Below are positions 1-11,931 of a stretch of DNA of 64,000 nucleotides, piece after piece. The stretch covers positions 4,278,001 to 4,342,000 of the forward strand of contig OZ361259.1 of NCBI GenBank assembly GCA_977018835.1, given 5' to 3'. This DNA comes from Minutocellus sp. GHC0000111. Its lineage: Eukaryota. Below the pieces are notes generated by a model, which saw only the letters and a list, made by a program, of their open reading frames with translations, did no database searches and had not been told where the DNA came from. The position numbers and the translations under genes were made by a program. Numbering within the stretch: position 1 is the first letter of the stretch; each line of letters opens with the position of its first letter.

Positions 1-1819
1 CCTCCTGTAGTGCCATTGTCCACGTTGGGCATTGATTCCTTCTCCTCAGGACCATTCTCGTGCAAAGAGGACTTCGCCATTCTTCGTTCTGTATCTGTTG
101 TCCTCTGCCGACGAGCCTTTTCAGCTATCGCTCTTGCAGATACAACATCAGAAGAAAGGGCACGACAAGTGCATTCCAAATTCATAATATCGGGGCCAAT
201 ACCACCTGCACAACGGGAAGTTGTTGAAAACAGTGGAGCACAAACAACAACAAAATTGATGAGAAATGAGATCTTAGAATCTATACATTTGGCAAATAAT
301 GGATAAGGACTGCCCCAAATCAATACTGCAACTTACCACCCTCGCGTTCAATAAACTCGCAAACGGCACCCAACACACGTGCAGGAAGAATTAGCAACGG
401 AGAGATGCGAATATCGATCAGTGCCGATCCAAAGTAGTCTTTTTCATTGATAGCCCGCCTATTCGATACCGGCAACGACATCAACGCAGCCGCCTCGTGT
501 TGTGCAAAGGCACCTCCCAGCCGAAATGCTCTCATCAGGGCTCTGCCAGCCACCGACCAGGAATATCGAGGCAGATCAATAACGATTGGCGCTATTTCAG
601 GCTGCTGCGCACGCACCGATAGGTACCGTGGTACCTTGGTCACGCCCGACTGTGCCTGCAGCTCACGATAGGCCCGGACGATTGCTCGGTTCGGTGGGGA
701 ACCAGGAGGTAGACATTTCAGACCACTCTCGAGAGCATACCGCTCCAGTCGGTGATAGTCCAACAATGCGGGTGACGCCTCTTGGTTCGGGTAATAGTCA
801 TAATCAGGTTCAATGTCCATTTCGTCGTTGCTGACGTTGCCATCGTCGTTATTGTTGCTCCTTTGAAGCCTCTGGACCTTGTTGGCAAACACGATCCGTC
901 CCAGAGATCGAGCGGCACAGGCAATCTTGAGCCAAAGGGTCGGGTCGGATCGATCCAACTCCGAGGCATCGCAGTACGCGACCAGGGCTAGGCGCTTGGT
1001 ATCCTCCTCCGCCTCTCCACCCCAGCAGCAATTGAGGCACGTGGTGGTGCCGATGTCGGGTTCAGGAGGTCCAGACGCACCAGTCTTGAGAGCTGGCAGG
1101 ACCCGGACGGTACCCCGATCGAGCAGGGCAGCCGACTTATCGGTCACGGGTGGGGTGCAGCAGCATCCACAGGTGAGCAAATCGCCGTAGTTGACCAAGA
1201 CGAGGTATGTCAATTCCTTCACGGTTGACCGATGAGCCGCAGACGTCAGCGTGCTACTTGTACTACGACCAGCACCGGCGCTGGCATCGGCATGGGCCCC
1301 AACCTTGGCCAGACCCTGCGCCGTCTCGGTCCACGTCGGTGCGTACGGCCGAACGAGGGGGTCCATCAGGATGGACTCGGAGAGGGCAGTCCGGGCGGCC
1401 TTGGCAACTCGGCACATTGCCATTTCCTCGGTATCCTCAGCATCGGCATCGGCGGCGTCCTGGGCAGCATCGGCATCGGCACCGGCGGCGCCGGTCGCAG
1501 GCCCCAGGTTGCTCTTGCGGGCCCTGGCAATGGCAGCGCTGGCCCTGTGGAGAGCGCCGACGGCCGTCATGGCGGTATTGTACGATGCCGATAGGCGGGC
1601 AATGGCGGCCTCGGCGGTCTCGGCCGAGCGACGGCTCTTCTTGCGCTTGGCTTTGGTGCCGCTACTGCCAGCCTCGGCGGATGGATTGTGGTGCTGCTGC
1701 TCATCGGACGCATCGTATCCTCCGTCGTCACTTTCGTTGTCGCTGCTGCTGCCTCCTCGTCCCTGCTCGTCGGAGCGCCGCCGCTTGGCAACGTTCGCTG
1801 CTCGCCACCCTCCTGCCAT
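1..1819 (-). CDS. CABIN1/HIR3-like TPR protein, 5' part (exon 1819-337, intron 336-206, exon 205 to beyond the window edge)
   Basis: Segment ALVAYCDASELDRSDPTLWLKIACAARSLG...RLERYALESGLKC resembles the N-terminal TPRs of CABIN1. GTAAGT donor at 336 and TGCAG acceptor at 206 keep the frame open to position 1. Confidence 0.6.
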
Positions 1820-2494
1820 GATTGACCGAGCAGTGGGCCGGTGTGTGGTTGTCGGTTGTGGGGCCAGGGCAGGGGGCGGGCAGCAGCGGGAAGCAAAATC
1901 ACCACGTACTTCTGAGTCGAACAAGTCGAGACAAGGGGATGGGTCGATTGAGCCCTCATTTCTGTGCTCTGGCAACAAAGCAACATGAACGCCGTTGTGT
2001 CTCACGGACTGCGAGCTATTGCTAGGCACCAGAGACAGCTTGGTCGACCCACACCCTTTAGGTTGGCAAGTCGTTTGTCATCGACCAGCGCCCAAGATGT
2101 GTCGGCGACACTGAAGCAAGTCGAAGAGAGGGCGGCCAGCCAGCTGTCGGCATCGGCTGCCAAATCTCTGCTCACAAGCAGTAGAGGAGCTGCCAAAATA
2201 AGGCGGTGCACTTTATAAGGCGGAGCTACTTGTCATCCGCCAACCCTGACTGTAGCCACTAGGTAATTACTAGCAGAAGCTAGCGCCACTAGCAGGTGAC
2301 CACTGCCAAAACGCTCATCTGCCCCCCTTCGAGAGGGAGGCGGGAGACCAACATATTATTGTGCACCAGAACCAATAAATGTGCATTATGTGATGATTTT
2401 TTTCGACATTTGCATTCCTCACCCCGGGAAAAAACACATTTTTGGAAGCACCAAATCAAAATGTAATGAATAGAAATGGACATGCTATGATAAG

Positions 2495-4375
2495 TTATAG
2501 CAAATCAATGACTCCATCGTCTTCATCATTTTCATCTATGTCGTCCTCAATGTCATCATCTTCGCCGGGAGCATCAATTGGCCAGAGTGGTTCACCATCC
2601 TCTTCAGCTTCATCCTCGGCAATTTTTGCGAGACCAGCCTTTCCCCGTCTGGTCTCCACAAGATTGTTACCGCCACGACTTCTCTTGATGTTGTTATACA
2701 TCACTGGAAGTTTTCCAAATACATTGAGAAAGGCCTCTTTTGATGCGACATTGGCCCATACTTTCATCACAGTCTTGTCGAGAGCATTCGCATCATTCTT
2801 CTGACCGCGATGCTCCTTTTCGACTCCCAACTGCAAAGACATCCAGATGCCGAGATCAAGAACATTTGTCTCGGGCGACCGAGGAACCTGCTGGATTATC
2901 TCAATCTTATATTTGTTTTTGAGGTCCTCGGTGTACTTCTCAACTGCTTCATTGGACCCATGACCGCCGGCATTGTCCATCATAAGACACATAACATCAG
3001 ACTCCTGAATGTTTTGTGGATCCCACTTCACCCAATGATGTGCGTCTCGAATCGCCTTCCCGACCTCATTCATAGTCTCCAACATCCATTTGGAGTCGCA
3101 GCTACAGTCCTTGGTAACCTTATCGCCCCGTTGATACCGCACCCCGAGCTCAAGGTCGTCGATCTCAACCTTCACCTTCTCTCCATTGCTATCAGGAGTG
3201 TGTCGCTTGAGACTCGAGATCTTTTGATTGTAGCCAACAGCGGCATGCTTGCGACTTTTTGCCTGACCGTCGGATTTGTAGTCCTCGCATTGAAGTTCCA
3301 ATCGCTCTGTAACAAACTCAGAAAGGCCGTAGATTTCGGCAATGTGGTCGCAAAGATGGCCGGCGGTCATGTCAGCATTCTCGTCGTAAATGTCGCGCCA
3401 ATCTTTGTCATTTTTTAGCGCATCGTTGACCTTAGCATCTGGAGAGAAATTCTGATTACGCGTAAGCTTTTCCACCTTCTGCTCCCTGGCGACTCTCTTG
3501 ATCATGATGCGCCCATTGAAATCAACGTCTTTGGTTTCATCCTTCATTGGTCGGCCAACAACTCCAAGACACACAACTTTGACAGGGTGTCTTCTGGATC
3601 GAATTTTCGGGCTTGCCTCGGAAGCATGGATGGACGCGAGGTTCGGACTGCTTAGTTCTTCGTCAGAAAGTGGCAACATCTTGATCTTTCGTCGCCGAGT
3701 AGCAGTGTAAAACCACTTTTCATCAAGATGCGCTACAGGAATGTTGGGATCGGTCGTAATGTCCTCCCACTTTTCGATCCAATCAAGTCGCTTCCTGCAA
3801 CATTCGGGGGTGAGCCTCGGCTTCTCGATCGACGACTTCTCCTTGCCGCCTTGCTTTTTCCACCAGCGAAAAAGCTGAAGACGATGGAGACTAATTGTCA
3901 GCCTGTCTTCATCTGGAGTAGCTGATTTTGCGCTCATGCAGTCAGCTAGCTCCTTAAAGGTTGCCATCGCACCCTTCATCCGAGTGGCATGCCAACACAG
4001 CTCGCGGAGACATCCTGGCTCCTTCTCCTCGATCATGTCCGTGCATGCCTTCCTTCCACGAACCTCCTTTCTGCCGATGGGATTGCTGATGCCATCAGTA
4101 AGGCTTTTGTAGAGCTGGTCTCTCCACTTGTAAAGCTGAGAACCACCGGTTGACTTGGCACAACCGTGATCGCACGCAACTTGCCGACACGCGGCAGTTG
4201 CAATTTGTTGCCGGTCTTCATGCGTGCGAGTTGGGTCGCCGTATCCCCACCAATCCGCGAGAGCCACGGCGCTGAACCGCATTCTTTCATTCGCCTGCTT
4301 TTCTTTTCTGATTGGTGTTGGTTCGGTGACGGTTGCATTGGGACGAGGAGGACGGAGCATGTCATCGTTGGCCAT
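2495..4375 (-). CDS. Mariner-type DDD transposase; ORFs 4468-5013 and 5062-5385 are probably frameshifted N-terminal parts
   Basis: Motifs AHLDEKWFY, MMDNAGGHG and PRSPETNVLDLGIW, with 39 residues between the second and third Asp. Confidence 0.85.
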   Translation of the reverse strand: MANDDMLRPPRPNATVTEPTPIRKEKQANERMRFSAVALADWWGYGDPTRTHEDRQQIATAACRQVACDHGCAKSTGGSQLYKWRDQLYKSLTDGISNPIGRKEVRGRKACTDMIEEKEPGCLRELCWHATRMKGAMATFKELADCMSAKSATPDEDRLTISLHRLQLFRWWKKQGGKEKSSIEKPRLTPECCRKRLDWIEKWEDITTDPNIPVAHLDEKWFYTATRRRKIKMLPLSDEELSSPNLASIHASEASPKIRSRRHPVKVVCLGVVGRPMKDETKDVDFNGRIMIKRVAREQKVEKLTRNQNFSPDAKVNDALKNDKDWRDIYDENADMTAGHLCDHIAEIYGLSEFVTERLELQCEDYKSDGQAKSRKHAAVGYNQKISSLKRHTPDSNGEKVKVEIDDLELGVRYQRGDKVTKDCSCDSKWMLETMNEVGKAIRDAHHWVKWDPQNIQESDVMCLMMDNAGGHGSNEAVEKYTEDLKNKYKIEIIQQVPRSPETNVLDLGIWMSLQLGVEKEHRGQKNDANALDKTVMKVWANVASKEAFLNVFGKLPVMYNNIKRSRGGNNLVETRRGKAGLAKIAEDEAEEDGEPLWPIDAPGEDDDIEDDIDENDEDDGVIDLL

Positions 4376-5408
4376 CCGAACAACAACAAAGTCGAGGCCG
4401 AGAGCGACCTTTGCCTGTTCATCAATGTCACTGGAGGTGGCACAGACAACGGAAGCATCGGCTCCTCCTAAACCTTCATCATTGGGGAGGCTGCAGCTGC
4501 TTCAGTAGCGGAAGTATCACCAGTTCCCTTCAGTATGCTGAGGAGACTTGCTGGCATCCAACCCAGTTTCTTGGCCTCGTCGACTAGTGATTTTACTCTT
4601 GCTTCGCAATGCGCTGACTGCACCTCCTTTCTGTGAGCTGACAACCTCTCACCTAGCTTAGTAGCTAAGACAGTCGAGCGCCCAGAGAACAGAACTTCAT
4701 CGGGATTTCTTTTCTCGTGCACCTTCTGTCCCTCCGGTCCAGAGAATTTCGGGTGGTTGTCCTCCTTCTTTTTACGCAACCTGTGAGCACAAACATGAAG
4801 CGCCCTGCGTCTTGTCTTCCCTCTCGGCCGACACGTCGACAAGTGCAACTTCAAACTACAATGCTCCTTGAGATGTTGCTGCATATCCTTCCATTTTTCC
4901 TCGTTGTGCTGTAGCTCATACTTTCCTCCACCGACGGACTTGGAACGCAACAAGTCGGCCTCGATGAAAGCAGGGAGGACGTCTTCCCCCATTTCTGCCG
5001 AGAACCAACACAAATGTCATCTTTGCCGCAGGAATCGGGGGTTACTCTCCACCACAGATCCTTACCAGCCCTTCGAATGACATCTGCTGCAAGGAGAAAG
5101 GCCATGGGGATAGGAGGAGGGGCCGTCCTCTTCTTCGCCGACGACGGTGACGGTTTGGCGCGGGGGCGAATTTGACCGTGGCCGCTTCTTCGACGTGTTT
5201 GCGCTCGGCGATGGTGTTTTCGGCTCAGCTGCCGCCTTTGCCGCCTTCCTGGATGCCTTGGTGTTGCCTCTCTTGCTCCCTGAGAACGAAGTTCTGCTGC
5301 GTTTGTATTTTTTGGGCGTGGTCTGGTTGGTCGTCGTCATCGTCACAAAATTTGCGGGTTGCGGTGAGGGTGTGCGGGGGACCAAAAAATATGTGTGTTC
5401 CTGCCAGA

Positions 5409-5481
5409 ATCTACTGGACCTGCGAATTCAGTGGATACTACTGGTTGGTGGCAACCTACTGAATGAGCAGGTCCAGTAGAT
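5409..5481. repeat. Subterminal hairpin in transposon 1
   Basis: ATCTACTGGACCTGC (5409-5423) and GCAGGTCCAGTAGAT (5467-5481) form a perfect 15-bp inverted repeat, with an inner ATTCAGT/ACTGAAT pair. Confidence 0.85.
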
Positions 5482-6724
5482 ATCCACGAGTTGAGGAGTA
5501 TTTGCGTTCCTCACGAAGAGAATGTCGACTAACAAAACACGTGGTGGGAAATGAGAAATGGGTGCAAGAATGACCTTTTTTAGGGGTTATTGGTATACCC
5601 TCTACAAATCCTCTGAAACCGAAAGGTAGCAGTAGCAGTAGCAGTAGTAGCAAGGCATCATCGGATATGGATGCGCTGGAATCATTTGCAAATCCCGACC
5701 ACAAGCGCACGAAACGAACGGGATTTCCAGAGGCGGTATTTTCCGAGGGCAAGACGGCTGCCCAAATTCGAGACATTCTGGACGACATGGCTCACCACGT
5801 CAACAACGCGGTTGAGAATGGAGATGCCAGTGTGGCCGAGAAGGCCATCCTGGCAACTCGTGTCGACGGCAAGCTGTACGAGGAAATATCAGCAATGCCT
5901 CTGAAGAACGGAACAATCACATATCATGAGACTGCCAATTTGATATCCATGAGAGCATCGTCTCTGGAATCTGAAAAGGGTAGCGACAACGACAACAGTG
6001 CCGAGGCAAAGGAGCGCAACACAGTTGTTGTGGCCTGCGCTGGTACGACCGACTTGCCGGTTGCAGAAGAGGCGGCGCTTACCCTGGAGGCTGCTGGTTG
6101 CAAGGTTGAGCGTATTTATGATGTCGGCGTCGCTGGATTGCACAGAATTATCAATGCTTTGCCTCGACTTCGTGACCCCAACAACAGATGCGTCATTGTT
6201 GCTGCCGGTATGGACGGTGCGTTGCCCAGTGTGGTTGCTGGACTGGTTACGGTTCCAGTGGTTGCCGTTCCAACCAGTGTTGGCTACGGCGCTGCTTTTG
6301 GAGGTGTTAGCGCAATGTTGACGATGCTGAATTCGTGTGCGCCCGGAGTTGGCATCGTTAACATTGATAACGGCTTTGGTGCTGCGGCATTGGCCTTCAA
6401 GTTTGTGTACAATTAGGTACCGTAGATTATAATTCAAAAGCTAGCGATACAGCGAGATAACTTTGAATGTCAGAATGAAAGTATTTAAAGGACATCAGGG
6501 GCTCCTGAGGACATGAACTATGGCAGCAATGGAATGAATTCAAATACATGTATTATTTCCGGTCGGTACCGGTACGTACCGATAATTTCCCTCGCATTCT
6601 TTTGCGAGCCTTTCCGTGCCGTACCGTTAGGACCAATGACCCATAATTGAGATCGTTCCGTCCGATCCACTCATTTTTCTCCTCGCCTCATCAATGGAAT
6701 AGGAATTCCCAGTCGTAGCACGCC

Positions 6725-9466
6725 ATGGGAACGAATACAATTCCCACTGCAGAGAGTCCGATGGGCGAGGCGTCAACACCTGCTGCCGTTGTTGAAGCTT
6801 CTGCTGATGGTGGCAGGAGCAGTTCTACTGCTGCTACTACAGCTGTGCCAGCACATGCCGCCATGTACCACTCTTGGACCCAAGGCCATTGTCCGTTCGT
6901 ATTGCCAACACCGGCTGTACCACCAGCGGAAGAGTATGCACCGGTGGAAAAGTTTGTTGCTGGCTTTGTCGAGTCACTGTTCGCCCCTCCCACTTTGGCT
7001 GCGGCGGCTCAGCAACGTTCTCAGGGGATGCGGGCCATCGGCGGAGTGCTCAGAACGCGGGAGGACCCCGTCATGCTCTTCAAGGTTCTCCTCGCGCTTC
7101 GGACCGCAGGCCATGGAAGTGTTTTGAGATTGCTCGCATCGGATTCCCGAAAAGCCGACTCCCTTTTGCAGTTAATCTTCGCAGTGGATCCGTTTGTACC
7201 ACCAGACACGCTTGTGCAGACGATTGCCAAAGAAATTGAAGATGAAACCAAAGCGAGGTCAAAATCTCCGATTCGTTCTCGTTCCAAATCACCGCCCCCG
7301 ACAGAAACAACCCCAGCGAATGTTTTGATTGACCCCGAAAGACTCAAGAAAGACCCCCGGCTGCAGCCATTCTTTTCATTTCAGATTGCAGATGCCCACT
7401 TGCATCTATTGGTTGCCCTGGCCAGTGCAAATTCAATTCATGTAACCCACGCCGTCTCAGCTATTTGGAAGATGGCTACGCAAGGTCTAGCGGATTGTCC
7501 AACCGAGAGAATCACGAGAGTGCACGCAGCGCTGTACACACTTGTCCGGATATGCCCCAAGGCACAGTCCGAAATATTTCCAGCAATGGCTTCAAATTTC
7601 CCATTCAAGCTTCTGCCCTGCAACATCCATTTGTGGTATGTCCACCAGTGTCTTGCGGTTGTGAAATATGTTCCACAGCTACAGAAGGACGTATTGGAAT
7701 TGTACATCGATAGATGTCTGGAAATTGATGTTGAGATCAAAATCGAGGATAGTGGAGACGTGAAAATTGATGAAACGAAAGAGGAGAAGGAAGCTGATAC
7801 TACGGTAGACGAATCGGACATTTTTGGTATCGATCTTGATCCGTCCGACGAGACGAAGCAAGGAAAGAAGAATGAGGAGCCGGATCCAATGACAGAGGTT
7901 GTAAAGTCCGTGGACGAAATGGCAGACAAGGTGAGTATTTGTTGAGTTTTTGGTCATTTTATCCTCCGTACAGATGATATCGGTCTGTTGTTCTGCTTTT
8001 TTCACCCTAGAAGTTTCTATCTCTAAACTACAAATGAATTTTCCTCTCATTCTCCCTGAACCGGGCCTGGACAGCTCGATACACTCATGCTCATCATCTT
8101 TCAACACATCGCGATGCTCTCCAAGTCACAAGAAGGAGGGAAAACGCCACAGGAACTGTTTGATATGGTGATGCCAGTATTTGATACAACAATCATGACC
8201 ACGCATCGGTCTAAGTATGTCCAGTTCGTACTCTTCTTGCTTTGTGCTTTGGATTACGAGAAGAGAAAAAGCATAAGAGGCGAGACGACGCCGGACGTTC
8301 CCGATGACGACAGTCTGTATCGGATATTTACTGGAAAATTGATTGAGATTATGCTAGATCCATTACGAGCTACCACAATGAGACAGTCATCGGCATGTTA
8401 TTTGGCTTCATTTCTTAGTCGCTCGAATTATGTCTGCATTGGGACTGTGTGCGAGACTGTTTCGGCTCTCTTGAGCACCGCCGAAGCGTACATGCTCACC
8501 TTCCCTACAGAGAAATCGACCGTCACTGCCTTTCGTGGAATGATAACCCGCAATCAGTGTGAGGCCCATGGTCTCTTCTATACTGTTTGCCAGGCAGCAT
8601 TTTATATAATGTGCTTCCGAGGCGGCGAGGCGGTAAAGCACTATCGAGCAGCGGTCGCAAAGAACGCCGCCAGTAACGAGGATGCCACCGACGTGGAGGG
8701 GACCAATATTGGAATAGATCGCTGGTCCAAGTTGTGTAGTCACCACCTCAATCCTCTTCGATACTGTCTTGAAAGTGTACGAGGCGAGTTCCTTCATGTG
8801 GCAAGTGTTCTTGATCTGCTGAAGCCAGCCCTCTTGGAGTCCCTATCCGAAGAAGATAAGAAGCTATCAACAGGTTCGAAAAGACCTAAAAAGGCTCGCC
8901 GTTCTATCTTAACCCCAGCGCTAATGGCAAAAAAACGAGTCAAGGAGGGAGTCGGTGGCTTAGGCCGAGGATCCAACCCGCTGAATTCGTTTTTCCCATT
9001 CGATCCGTACCTTCTGCGACAGTCCAATATATTTATCGAAAGTTACTACCGGCACTGGAATGGCAGCATCGATGAAAGCTTTGATGAGAATGAGGATGAT
9101 GTTGATGATTCCTTAGAGACCGGTGGCAACGGATATGAGAGTGATGACAGCTCTGATAGCGACGATAGTGATAGCAGTAGCAGCGCGAGTGAAGGGGAAC
9201 GGATGGCAATGACTCCTGCAGACGATCAGGCTATGAGTTTAGCATCAGTAGTTTCTATGGCATCAGCAGCAGCGACGGGCAAGGTCAAAGTGATCGACCC
9301 ACGTGATCGCGCCGATAGCGAATTGTCCACAGTGAGCAGCATCAATATAAAGGCTTCTTCAATCCTGCTTCCACCCTCACAAAACAAAGCAGAGGGCACC
9401 GGTAGCGGAAAGAAGAAAAATTCAGGCAGGAGCCGTGCACAGAGTATGGGCACTGACGATTGGTAG
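6725..9466 (+). CDS. RRN3: RNA polymerase I transcription initiation factor RRN3/TIF-IA (exons 6725-7930, 8075-9466)
   Basis: Motifs IDRCLEIDVEI, MADK|LDTLM, THRSKYVQFVLF, RQSSACYLASFLSR, FYTVCQAAFYIMCFR, LNPLRYC and FFPFDPYLL. The GTGAGT...ACAG intron is in phase. Confidence 0.92.
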
Positions 9467-9933
9467 ATCTAGGTCTATCATAAGATGTTTCCTCAGGCTT
9501 TACGGCTGGATAGTTTTAAAATCATCAATATTTTGTCCTTTACCATTGGTACATGTCTCCTGCAATCCACCCCCTTGACGCGCTCTCCTCTTCTTTTGAG
9601 AGGAGGCCGGCCGTTTCCAGCGCCGCTCGCTTGGAGTTTCTTCACCGTCAGCATGATAGACCTGCGCGTCGCACAATCGATTTTTTCGCTCCTTCGATCG
9701 CACCTCCCAGCCAGAATGTCTGTGAGTGCTGGGTAATAAGTAATCGAACTGCCGATCCACCCCTCTCCCCCTTCGAGCCTTCGCGAGGGACCACGGGAAT
9801 CTCTAAATTATCAATCAATCATACGATTATTTCCAGATATATCTTTTGTTGTCGCAAGCCGCTGCGACGCAAAAAGATACTAATTCAAGCTCGACATTTT
9901 TAGGTGACGCCGATTCTACTACTTATGCTCAGT

Positions 9934-11750
9934 ATGCCCACATCGACTCAGGACAACGCCGCCAGCATGGCCTCTGGGCCGGTAAAGGAGCCGAAACCTA
10001 GTTACCAATCATCCATGGCACGCATTAAGAGCAAGGCGAGGCCGCGCACCCGTACTAATGAGGAACTGATGAAGCGCGCGAAGAGGATTATTGCCCTCCT
10101 CGAAAAGGACTCTCCATTCTTTGGATCCGGCGAAGATGAGGTGAACAGGTTACCAACATTTCAAGACCAGGAAATCGTTTGCGGCCACAAACTTGGAGAG
10201 GGAGAGTTCAGCAATGTACGCGAAATAGTTGAGTTCAGAGTTGAGGAGGCCTGTGGTTGTATCTTTCATGGTGGTGGAATTTCTGATGACATGCCAGGCC
10301 CAGAAACGAGCTCCACACACACTTCCACGCAAGGAGGTGGCGAAGAGCAAGGGCGTCAGGACCATAGCGGAAGTAATGGCGGGGCCAATGCCATAGAGGA
10401 CATGGGTACGTTGCAGGATTTCGGCTTGCTCAACATGAACACGAACGAAGAGTTCGATGCCGACGAGGCGCCTACTGCCCAAGACGAGGACCGCGGGTTT
10501 ATGAAGGACCACTGCTTCCGAGACGGTTCAGCGAGGTACGCCATCAAACAACTCAAATCCCACCGGACACCCGAGGAGTTATCCGAGGCCATCATAGATA
10601 TTGCCATGGAAGCAAAGTTCCTTGCCCGCCTTTCACACAGCAACATCATCAAGATGAGAGGTACCGGTGGCACTCCATGCCACCCGAAATTCTTTCTTGT
10701 CCTTGATCGTCTGTATGATACCCTCGAAGAGCGAATTGATAAATGGGCTGATGAGAAGAAACGTCTTAGGGGTATGATGGGCATTTTTGGCAAGAAAAAG
10801 TATGAACTTCGACACTTGTTTTCTGCTAGACTTCTTGCTGCGCTGGACATTGCCAGGGCTTTGAAGTATTTGCATGAGAAGAACATCATCTTCAGAGACT
10901 TGAAGCCGGAGGTGAGTTTTATTGTATTGCGCAAGTATGCGATAATGTTCAAAGCTGCTGTTTTCTCTTTCTTTTATGTGCCCAGCATCAAATTCGTCAA
11001 TAACTCATGCCTCTTGTGCTCCTCTCCTCTGCACTTACATGAACAGGTGCGGGGAGATGCGAAGATTTTTGACTTCGGACTCGCCAAGGAACTGCTCCCC
11101 AGAGATCGAGTTGGGCCTGGTGAATACAAGGCGTCTGGTCTAACCGGATCTCGGCGATGTAAGTGCTTGGTTGTTTGTTTGGTTGGTCTAAGTGTGATGT
11201 AGCCTACCGATTTATCTTACCTTGCCTTCGCTTTCGTCATTGACAACGAGCAGACATGGCTCCAGAAGTAGCCCTTTGTAAAAACTATGGCCTTAGTGCC
11301 GACGTTTTTTCCTACTCCATACTGCTATGGGAAATAATTTCGCTCAAAATTCCGTTTGCAGGTTTTGATGTGAGTGACCCCCTTCTTGCGAGCAGTGCTC
11401 AGCTTCTGGTATCTTTAAAAATCAACCAATAGCGAATAATCGCATTTCCGAACCTGTGCTTTTTCATCCTTCTATTTCACCTCTCTCTTTTATAGGTTGA
11501 GAAGCACGCAGCGGAAGTTGTAAACGGGGGGAAGCGGCCAAAGCTATCCAAGTCTTGGCCAATTTTCATCCGTAAATTGCTCGAATCATGTTGGTCACCT
11601 CTTCCATTTGAGCGGCCTGCATTTCCGAGTATCTGTGATCTGGTCCGAGGAGAGCTACTTGCCATAGAAGGATCCATATCCGGTAGAGATATCGCCGATC
11701 GATCGAAACATCTTCTAGATAGATCGCATTCTTCCCGGAATGGAGGCTAG
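9934..11750 (+). CDS. Diatom-type TKL/Ser-Thr protein kinase, multi-exon; catalytic loop appears defective
   Basis: [39 protein letters not shown] and DVFSYSIL motifs. Introns start near 10912, 11159 and 11369. A possible upstream exon begins at 9553. Confidence 0.8.
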
Positions 11751-11931
11751 CTCCAGGCGCGCGGAGCGGAGGACAAACAAAGTTTGTATAAAATTGAACA
11801 CACTTATGTCACTATACCATACTATACAGTATTGAATGGAGGCATAGCAATTTGATGTCAACAATAACAATGACTGAACTATAAAATGAATTGAGAGATG
11901 ATGAACGACAAAAATGCCCTTGAATTGTATA

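Larger units (their letters stand above)
2184..5602 (-). mobile_element. Tc1/mariner-superfamily DNA transposon (DD39D, PlantMar-like), about 3.4 kb, TA target-site duplication
   Basis: TA at 2182-2183 and 5603-5604. Imperfect termini GAGGAGCTGCCAAAATAA and (reverse complement) GAGGGTATACCAATAA. Contains a transposase ORF, and the empty site restores the host frame. Confidence 0.85.
1985..6416 (+). pseudogene. larB: LarB-like (AIR-carboxylase/PurE-fold, nickel-pincer cofactor biosynthesis) gene split by a transposon; coding 1985-2183 plus 5605-6416
   Basis: ORF 5667-6416 has FANPDHKRTKRTGFPEAVFSEGKT, AGTTDLPVAEEA, DVGVAGLHR, AGMDGALPSVV, PTSVGYGA and NSCAPGVGIVNIDNGFGAA, typical of LarB. Removing 2184-5604 joins ...KSLLTSS to TNPLKPKG...DMDALE in frame. 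The N-terminus is Arg/Ser-rich and resembles a transit peptide. Confidence 0.85.

Noticed and set aside
2182..5604. Exonic transposons acting as spliced-out introns (introner-like)
   Set aside because: A GT lies at the left junction of element 1 but there is no AG at the right junction, and element 2 has no suitable splice sites at its ends.
5667..6416. Bacterial contamination suggested by larB
   Set aside because: The gene is embedded among intron-containing eukaryotic genes and has a presequence-like N-terminus.
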